Made by a program: the position numbers and the translations under genes. The notes under the pieces were generated by a model. The model was not told the origin of the DNA. It ran no database searches and worked only from the letters and a program-made list of their open reading frames with translations. A stretch of 35,022 nucleotides of DNA from Oscillospiraceae bacterium. GTDB taxonomy: Bacteria > Bacillota > Clostridia > Oscillospirales > Oscillospiraceae. Position 1 is the first letter of the stretch; the number at the start of each line of letters is the position of its first letter. The stretch lies in contig JAFPTE010000021.1 in the NCBI GenBank assembly GCA_017400415.1, forward strand, positions 1 to 35,022. The letters are read 5' to 3'. Below are positions 29,680 through 35,022 of this stretch, one piece after another.

Positions 29680-29851
29680 GGAGGCACAGAGCTCCAAGGC
29701 GGCGCTGGAAAAGCGCAAGGCGGATATCACCGCCATGAATGAGGAGCGGCAGTACGCCATTGACCACAAGGATGATGATTCCGTCATTGAGGACATAGCC
29801 CGTGGGGAGGGTTACGTCTATCAGGACGAGGAAGTGTATTACGCCCGGTAA
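29582..29851 (+). CDS. divIC: Septum formation initiator family protein (DivIC/FtsB)
   Basis: 89 aa. It has a short basic N-terminus, one TM (IFTKIIIIALLIYAVTTLVVL), a coiled coil (IEEAQSSKAALEKRKADITAMNEE), and an IARGEGYVYQDE C-terminal motif. The RBS is GGGGGAGAG. Confidence 0.75.
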   Translation: MRLKRTGIFTKIIIIALLIYAVTTLVVLRGKIEEAQSSKAALEKRKADITAMNEERQYAIDHKDDDSVIEDIARGEGYVYQDEEVYYAR

Positions 29852-29917
29852 CTGCGGGCTTAATAATACTATTTCAAGGCTCCGTGTATCGGCGCAGAGA
29901 GAGGTCAAGCTCAGCTT

Positions 29918-30325
29918 ATGAAAATTGAAAAGGGAGAAGTTCTCCAGGGGAAGGTCACGGGCATAGCCAAGTTCGGTGCCTTCGTGGAATTGGCGCCGGG
30001 CAAGTCCGGCCTTGTGTACATATCCGAAATTTCCAACACCTTTGTGAAGGAAGTGTCGGACTTCTTGACTGTTGGCCAGGAGGTCACGGTAAAGATAGTG
30101 GGCATTGACGAACAGGGAAGGATAAATCTCTCTATCAAGCAGGCTCTTCCGCCTGCTCCGCCGAAGCCGGCCCCCCAGCCCCGCCGGGAGGTCCAGGAGC
30201 CTGTGCCCGAATCCGGCAACAGCGAATTCGAGGATAAGCTCAAGAGATTCATGAAGGACTCTGAAAGCCGTCTGTCCGATATTAAGCGCCAGACGGAGCG
30301 TCACGGCTCCAAGCGGCGCAAATAA
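29918..30325 (+). CDS. yabR: S1 RNA-binding domain protein (YabR-like)
   Basis: The S1 fold signature is GEVLQGKVTGIAKFGAFVELAPGKSGLVYISEIS..FVKEVSDFLTVGQEVTVKIVGIDEQGRINLSIKQA. It has a basic, low-complexity tail. It is syntenic after divIC. Confidence 0.8.
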   Translation: MKIEKGEVLQGKVTGIAKFGAFVELAPGKSGLVYISEISNTFVKEVSDFLTVGQEVTVKIVGIDEQGRINLSIKQALPPAPPKPAPQPRREVQEPVPESGNSEFEDKLKRFMKDSESRLSDIKRQTERHGSKRRK

Positions 30326-30344
30326 AACCTATACGGAGGAATAT

Positions 30345-31358
30345 ATGATTACAACCAGAGTGTTCGGAAAGACCTCAAGGGGAGAGGCTGTCCGTCTCTA
30401 CAAGCTGGAGAACAGCCGGGGCGAGTACGCTGAGCTGTGCGACCTGGGCGCCGTCATCCACTCCATAGTGACCAGGGACCGCTGGGGCCGCCTGGGCGAC
30501 AACGTGCTGGGCTGCCCGGATGTGGAGCATATGGAGGGCAAGAGCTTCAAGGGCGCTACCATAGGCCGCTGCGCCAACCGCATCGCCTTCGGCCGCTGCC
30601 GCCTCCACGGCCAGGAAGTGCAGCTGGAGGTGAACGAGGCGCCCAACATCCTTCACAGCGCCTCCGGCAACTACGCCTTCAAGCTCTTCTCCGCCTCCAT
30701 CGACCCCATAAAGAACTCCGTCACCTTCTCCTATAAGGACCCGGGGCCGGAGGGCTACCATGACAACGTGGACGTGAAGGTGACCTTCACCTTTGACGAT
30801 ACCTCCGCTCTCACCATCCACTATGAGCTGACCCCGGAGCGGGAGACCGTGCTGTGCCCCACAAACCACGCCTACTTCAACCTCTCCGGCTTCGGCGACG
30901 CCCGGGATATGTGGCTCCAGCTTCTGAGCACGAACCGTGCCCACAGAGGCGCCGGCAACGTGCCCGACGGGGGACTGGACCCGGTGGCCGGCACGGCCTA
31001 CGATTTCTTCATCCCCCGCACCCTCCGCTCCGCCATGGGCGATACGGTGAAGGGCTATGACGATTTCTATGTGTTGGACCGGATCCGGAAGGACAACCTT
31101 ATTGCGGAGCTCTATTCTCCCGCCACCGGCAAGGTCATGCACACCTTCACGGATATGCAGGGGGCCATCATCTACACCCCCACAAACTGCGACACAAGAC
31201 CCGATAAGTCCGGCATCACCCTGCCGCCCTACGGCGCCGTGTGCATCGAGTGCCAGTTCGTGCCCAACGCCGTCAACTGCCCGGAGTTCGATTCCCCGGT
31301 GTTCGGCCCCGGCCAGAAGCTGGTGACCGAGACCGTCTATAAGTTCGGGGTGCGCTGA
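30345..31358 (+). CDS. galM: Aldose 1-epimerase family protein (galactose mutarotase-like)
   Basis: 337 aa. The GalM-like blocks are LGAVIHSI...[45 protein letters not shown] and CIECQ. The RBS is ACGGAGGAA. Confidence 0.8.
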   Translation: MITTRVFGKTSRGEAVRLYKLENSRGEYAELCDLGAVIHSIVTRDRWGRLGDNVLGCPDVEHMEGKSFKGATIGRCANRIAFGRCRLHGQEVQLEVNEAPNILHSASGNYAFKLFSASIDPIKNSVTFSYKDPGPEGYHDNVDVKVTFTFDDTSALTIHYELTPERETVLCPTNHAYFNLSGFGDARDMWLQLLSTNRAHRGAGNVPDGGLDPVAGTAYDFFIPRTLRSAMGDTVKGYDDFYVLDRIRKDNLIAELYSPATGKVMHTFTDMQGAIIYTPTNCDTRPDKSGITLPPYGAVCIECQFVPNAVNCPEFDSPVFGPGQKLVTETVYKFGVR

Positions 31359-31359
31359 T

Positions 31360-31848
31360 ATGTCCATAGCAGTTTACCCCGGCTCCTTCGACCCGGTGAC
31401 CAACGGCCACCTGGATATTATCAAGCGCGCAGCACGAATCTCCGATAAGCTCATCGTGGCGGTGCTGGTGAACTCCGCAAAAACCCCCATGTTCACCACC
31501 CGGGAGCGGGTGGAGATGCTTCGTGAGTGCTGCGCCCAGTTCAAAAACGTCACCGTGGAGTCCTTTGACGGGCTCACCGTGGACTTTGCGAAGAAGCACC
31601 ACGCCGATGTGCTCATCCGTGGCCTGCGGGCTGTGACGGACTTTGAAAATGAGCTGCAGCTGGCCCAGATAAACCATGCCCTCATGCCCGGCATCGAGAC
31701 CGTGTTCCTCGCCACCGGCCTGCGCTGGGGCTATCTGAGCTCCACCGTGGTGAAGGAGGCCGCCCGTTACGGCGCCGATATCTCCCGCTTCGTTCCGAAA
31801 AATGTGGAGATTGCCGTCCGGGAGAAGTTCAAAAACCAAAACCAATAA
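31360..31848 (+). CDS. coaD: Pantetheine-phosphate adenylyltransferase
   Basis: 162 aa. It reads [21 protein letters not shown]...FD.L.VAV..N..K...F...ER, with a typical CoaD nucleotidyltransferase (T/H)xGH motif. Confidence 0.92.
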   Translation: MSIAVYPGSFDPVTNGHLDIIKRAARISDKLIVAVLVNSAKTPMFTTRERVEMLRECCAQFKNVTVESFDGLTVDFAKKHHADVLIRGLRAVTDFENELQLAQINHALMPGIETVFLATGLRWGYLSSTVVKEAARYGADISRFVPKNVEIAVREKFKNQNQ

Positions 31849-31850
31849 AA

Positions 31851-31875
31851 AAGCCGACCGCTTTGCGGTCGGCTT
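31851..31875. terminator. Convergent terminator shared by coaD (+) and cysK (-)
   Basis: AAGCCGACCG (31851-31860), 5-nt loop, CGGTCGGCTT (31866-31875). An A-run on the left gives a T-run for cysK on the minus strand. The tail on the + strand is weaker (TCGTTCTG). Confidence 0.7.
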
Positions 31876-31883
31876 TCGTTCTG

Positions 31884-32816
31884 TCAGTCCTTGAAGAGGG
31901 GGGTGGAGAGGTACCGGTCCCCGGTGTCGGGAAGGAGGACGACTATTGTCTTGCCCTCAAACTCCGGCCTCTGGGCTACCTCCACGGCGGCCTTCAGGGC
32001 GGCGCCGGAGGAGATACCCACCAGGACGCCCTCCCGGCGGCCGACCTCTCTGCCCAGGGCGAAGGCGTCCTCATTGGAGATCTGAATCACCTCGTCATAA
32101 ACGGAGGTGTCCAGGGTGTCCGGCACGAAGCCGGCGCCGATGCCCTGAATCTTGTGGGGGCCGGACTGCCCGCCGGAGAGCACCGGGGAGGAGGCGGGCT
32201 CCACCGCCACGATGCGGATATCTGCCTTCTGCTCCTTAAGGTATCTGCCCACGCCGGTGACCGTGCCGCCGGTGCCGACGCCGGCCACAAAGGCGTCCAC
32301 CTTTCCCTCCGTATCCCGCCAGATTTCCGGGCCGGTGGTGTCGTAGTGGGCCTTGGGGTTGGCCGGGTTCACAAACTGGCCGGGGATAAAGGAGTTCTCA
32401 ATGGTGGCTGCCAGCTCGTTTGCCCTGGCAATGGCGCCGGTCATGCCCTTGGACCCCTCGGAGAGCACCAGCTCGGCCCCGTAGGCCTTCATAAGCTGAC
32501 GGCGCTCCACGCTCATGGTCTCCGGCATAACAATTATAATGCGGTAGCCTCTGGCGGCGGCCACGGCGGCAAGGCCGATGCCCGTGTTGCCGGAGGTGGG
32601 CTCTATTATGACGGAGCCGGGCTTCAGGGCGCCCCGGGCCTCTGCGTCGTCTATCATGGCCTTGGCCACCCGGTCCTTCACGGAGCCGGCCGGGTTAAAA
32701 AACTCCAGCTTGGCCAGTATCCTGGCCTTCAGCCCGTAAAGCTTCTCTATGCCCGTGAGCTCCAGAAGGGGAGTGCCGCCGATAAGCTGATCGGCTGAGG
32801 TGAATATGCGTGACAT
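31884..32816 (-). CDS. cysK: Cysteine synthase A (O-acetylserine sulfhydrylase, PLP-dependent)
   Basis: 310 aa. It reads [10 protein letters not shown]...[17 protein letters not shown]...[14 protein letters not shown]...GTGGT, classic CysK motifs including the PLP lysine context SVKDR. Confidence 0.92.
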   Translation of the reverse strand: MSRIFTSADQLIGGTPLLELTGIEKLYGLKARILAKLEFFNPAGSVKDRVAKAMIDDAEARGALKPGSVIIEPTSGNTGIGLAAVAAARGYRIIIVMPETMSVERRQLMKAYGAELVLSEGSKGMTGAIARANELAATIENSFIPGQFVNPANPKAHYDTTGPEIWRDTEGKVDAFVAGVGTGGTVTGVGRYLKEQKADIRIVAVEPASSPVLSGGQSGPHKIQGIGAGFVPDTLDTSVYDEVIQISNEDAFALGREVGRREGVLVGISSGAALKAAVEVAQRPEFEGKTIVVLLPDTGDRYLSTPLFKD

Positions 32817-32862
32817 GATGTATTGCCTCCTAAAAACCTATATTTCCGCTGGGGATATAGGG

Positions 32863-32891
32863 ATTATAGCACCGCCACCCGGTCCTGTCAA
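32863..32891 (-). promoter_or_regulatory. Consensus sigma-A promoter for cysK
   Basis: On the minus strand: TTGACA (complement of 32886-32891), exactly 17 nt, then TATAAT (complement of 32863-32868). The roughly 40-nt leader contains a CCTATAT/ATATAGG hairpin and the RBS TAGGAGG. Confidence 0.6.
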
Positions 32892-32988
32892 TAGGTTTTT
32901 GAAAACTTTTTTCCTTTAATTTATTGAAGCACTTGCGCCGCCGCTCTTTCTGTGGTAAACTGTCGGAAAAAAGCAGGGGAGTGTGCTT

Positions 32989-33591
32989 ATGGACATTGTG
33001 TGCATGGACCTGGAAGGTGTTCTTGTGCCGGAGATATGGATTGCGTTCTCTGAGGCCTCCGGCATTCCGGAGCTGCGCCGCACCACCAGGGATGAGCCGG
33101 ATTACGACAAGCTCATGCGGTGGCGAATCGGCATCCTCCGGGAGCGGGGCTTGGGCCTTCGGGAGATACAGGCCGTCATTGAGCGCATCGAGCCCCTGGA
33201 GGGCGCCCGGGAGTTTCTGGATAAGCTCCGGGCCAGGACCCAGGCCATCGTCCTCAGCGACACCTTTTCCCAGTTCGCCGCACCCCTCATGCGGAAGCTG
33301 GGCTATCCCACCCTTATGTGCAACTCCCTGGTTGTGGGGGAGGACGGCATGATCGAGGGCTTCAAAATGCGGGTCGCCAACTCCAAGCTTTCCACGGTCC
33401 GGGCACTCCAGTCCGTGGGCTATGAGACCGTGGCCTTCGGGGACAGCTACAACGACCTGGCCATGATACAGGCGGGCAAGGCGGGCTTCCTCTTCCGCAC
33501 CACGGAGAAGATAAAGGCGGACTATCCCCATATCCCCGCCTTCGAGACCTATGAGGAGCTTTACGCCGCCCTGGATGCTGTTCTGGAGTGA
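32989..33591 (+). CDS. thrH: ThrH-type HAD phosphatase (phosphoserine phosphatase / homoserine phosphotransferase)
   Basis: MDIVCMDLEGVLVPEIWIAFSEASGI...TTRDEPDYDKLM..R..IL...G..L..IQ.VI...PLEGA.EFL..LR....IVLSDTF..F..PLM..LG.PTL.C closely tracks the Pseudomonas ThrH sequence as I recall it. The ATG at 32989 lies 7 nt after GGGGAG; the track start at GTG 32983 is less likely. Confidence 0.8.
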   Translation: MDIVCMDLEGVLVPEIWIAFSEASGIPELRRTTRDEPDYDKLMRWRIGILRERGLGLREIQAVIERIEPLEGAREFLDKLRARTQAIVLSDTFSQFAAPLMRKLGYPTLMCNSLVVGEDGMIEGFKMRVANSKLSTVRALQSVGYETVAFGDSYNDLAMIQAGKAGFLFRTTEKIKADYPHIPAFETYEELYAALDAVLE

Positions 33592-33614
33592 GGCGAAAAA
33601 GGTCATAATATGCC

Positions 33615-33661
33615 CCTCCCGGCGCATATACTCCAGGTGAGTATGCCGGGAGGTGTTTTTT
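33615..33661 (+). terminator. Intrinsic terminator of thrH. Its 3' arm contains the ylmC/ymxH Shine-Dalgarno sequence.
   Basis: CCTCCCGGC (33615-33623) pairs with GCCGGGAGG (33645-33653). The inner helix is ATACTC (33628-33633) with GAGTAT (33639-33644). It is followed by TGTTTTTTAT. Confidence 0.6.
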
Positions 33662-33940
33662 ATGAGGTGCAGAGTCAGAGAACTGAGGTACAAGGAGGTC
33701 ATCAATATCTGCGACGGTCTGCGGCTGGGCTGCGTGTGCGACGTGGCCGTGAACACTGCCACGGGCCAGGTGCTGGCCATAATGGTGCCGGGGCCCTGCC
33801 GATTTCTGGGCCTTTTCCTGCGGGAGGACGATTATCTGATACCCTGGGAGTGCATACGCCGCATTGGGGATGACATAATCCTTGTGGAGGTGCCCGGAGA
33901 CTACCGCCGGGAGAAGCCGCCCCGCCGCCTTTGGGTTTAA
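33662..33940 (+). CDS. ylmC: YlmC/YmxH-family sporulation protein (PRC-barrel)
   Basis: MRCRVRELRYKEVINICDGLRLGCVCDVAVNTATGQVLAIMVPG....LGLF.REDDYLIPWECIRRIGDDIILVEV matches the family pattern. The ATG at 33662 follows GGGAGG (33648-33653). Confidence 0.8.
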   Translation: MRCRVRELRYKEVINICDGLRLGCVCDVAVNTATGQVLAIMVPGPCRFLGLFLREDDYLIPWECIRRIGDDIILVEVPGDYRREKPPRRLWV

Positions 33941-33952
33941 TAAAAAAATATG

Positions 33953-33981
33953 TTGCACAGGCGGGGAAAATGTATTATTAT
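33953..33981 (+). promoter_or_regulatory. Putative sigma-A promoter for asnA
   Basis: TTGCAC (33953-33958), a 17-nt spacer, then TATTAT (33976-33981). Confidence 0.45.
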
Positions 33982-34016
33982 AAGTGGGAATTATATTAAC
34001 GAAAGCCGGTGTCAAT

Positions 34017-35022
34017 ATGAGCAGCTTGAAAATTCCGGAAGGGTATAAAATGCCCCTGACGAATAACGAATTACAGAGGGCCATCGAGCTTATCCATCAG
34101 GACTTTCAGCGAAATCTGACCATAAGGCTCAATCTGCACCGGGTCTCCGCCCCGCTTTTTGTGGACGGCAGCACCGGCCTCAACGACGATCTGAACGGAG
34201 TTGAGCGGCCGGTGAGCTTTGAGATCCCGGATGTGGGCGTCACGGGCGTGGTTGTCCACTCCCTGGCCAAGTGGAAGCGCCTGGCCCTTCTGCGTTATGA
34301 GTTCAAGCCGGAGAGCGGCCTTTACACGGATATGAACGCCATCCGCCGGGACGAGAACACCGATAACCTCCACTCCATCTATGTGGACCAGTGGGACTGG
34401 GAAAAGATAATAAAGCCGGAGAACCGGAACGTGGAGTACCTGAAGGAGACCGTCACCGCCATCGTGGGGGCCATCTGCGACACGGCCACCACTGTCCGGT
34501 ACCACTTCCCCCAGCTCACCTATACCCCGGACCGGAACGTGTTCTTCATCACTACCCAGGAGCTGGAGGATATGTACCCGGCCCTGACCCCGGAGCGCCG
34601 GGAGTATGAGATTCTGAAGGAGCACCACACGGTCTTCCTTATGCAGATCGGCAAGCGCCTGCGCAGCGGCATAAAGCACGACGGCCGTGCCCCGGACTAT
34701 GACGACTGGGAGCTCAACGGCGATATCCTTATGTGGAACCCGGTGCTTCAGGACCGGTTTGAGGTTTCCTCCATGGGCATACGTGTTGACCCGGAGGCTC
34801 TGGAGCGCCAGCTTAAGGAGGCGGGCTGTGAGGAGCGGAAAAACCTCATGTTCCACAAAATGCTCCTGGAGGGGAAGCTGCCCCAGTCCATCGGCGGCGG
34901 CATCGGCCAGTCACGGCTCTGCATGCTGCTGCTCGACCGCGCGCACATCGGCGAAGTACAGGCTTCGGTCTGGCCGGAAGAGATGCGGAAGGCCTGCAAG
35001 GAGCACGGGATCGAACTTCTGT
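34017..35022 (+). CDS. asnA: Aspartate-ammonia ligase (asparagine synthetase A). The 3' end runs off the window.
   Basis: Hand translation from the ATG at 34017 gives MSSLKIPEGYKMPLTNNELQRAIELIHQDF...VHSLAKWKR...LHSIYVDQWDWEK...RAPDYDDW.LNGDILMWNPVL.D.FE.SSMGIRVD...GGGIGQSRLCMLLL...IGEVQASVWP. It is collinear with E. coli AsnA. It is missing from the ORF track because no stop lies in the window. Confidence 0.9.
   Translation, partial: MSSLKIPEGYKMPLTNNELQRAIELIHQDFQRNLTIRLNLHRVSAPLFVDGSTGLNDDLNGVERPVSFEIPDVGVTGVVVHSLAKWKRLALLRYEFKPESGLYTDMNAIRRDENTDNLHSIYVDQWDWEKIIKPENRNVEYLKETVTAIVGAICDTATTVRYHFPQLTYTPDRNVFFITTQELEDMYPALTPERREYEILKEHHTVFLMQIGKRLRSGIKHDGRAPDYDDWELNGDILMWNPVLQDRFEVSSMGIRVDPEALERQLKEAGCEERKNLMFHKMLLEGKLPQSIGGGIGQSRLCMLLLDRAHIGEVQASVWPEEMRKACKEHGIELL

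Noticed and set aside
30375-32798. ORFs 30375-31367 (-), 31273-31845 (-) and 31863-32798 (+), opposite galM, coaD and cysK.
   Set aside because: They are antisense shadows of recognisable housekeeping genes.

Overview
This is a GC-rich chromosome segment with strong G/C third-position bias, from a spore-forming Firmicute. Gene content suggests Clostridia, Oscillospiraceae/Ruminococcaceae-like, but taxonomy cannot be proven from the window.

Layout, left to right:
1. paaK-iorB-iorA (aromatic amino-acid fermentation) on the minus strand.
2. Divergently, a tightly coupled eight-gene type IV pilus operon: pilB-pilT-pilC-(pilin-like)-pilD-pilM-pilN-pilO.
3. A self-contained, AT-richer orphan LytTR response regulator. 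Its receiver domain lacks the phospho-acceptor Asp.
4. A cell-surface glycan module of three genes. The first is a domain-permuted GH3 fused to Ig-like, Listeria-Bacteroides-repeat and collagen-like (GXY)22 segments with a C-terminal TM tail. The second is a lipoprotein with four Listeria-Bacteroides repeats plus a CBM-like domain. The third is a second permuted GH3 with TM segments at both ends.
5. A heavily structured spacer with a duplicated hairpin, then a 24-codon sORF, a multidomain dockerin protein and a DIP1984-family protein.
6. A roughly 260-nt unassigned spacer with tRNA-like motifs.
7. Housekeeping and sporulation genes: copA, an M23 peptidase, yabP-yabQ-divIC-S1 protein, galM, coaD, cysK, thrH, ylmC/ymxH and asnA (3' truncated by the window end).

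No CRISPR array, transposase, integrase or intact tRNA/rRNA was found.

The most unusual content is the 11.2-24.8 kb accessory block: a kinase-less pseudo-receiver LytTR regulator, LytTR-type direct repeats in front of the collagen-stalked GH3 operon, and an orphan dockerin protein. The pilus operon is also notable. It has an MshEN-type c-di-GMP motif in PilB, a probable CTG start for pilC, and only a non-canonical pilin-like gene.

Many long ORFs in the track are antisense artefacts of the GC3 bias and are rejected. All functional calls rest on by-eye motif and family recognition; no searches were run.
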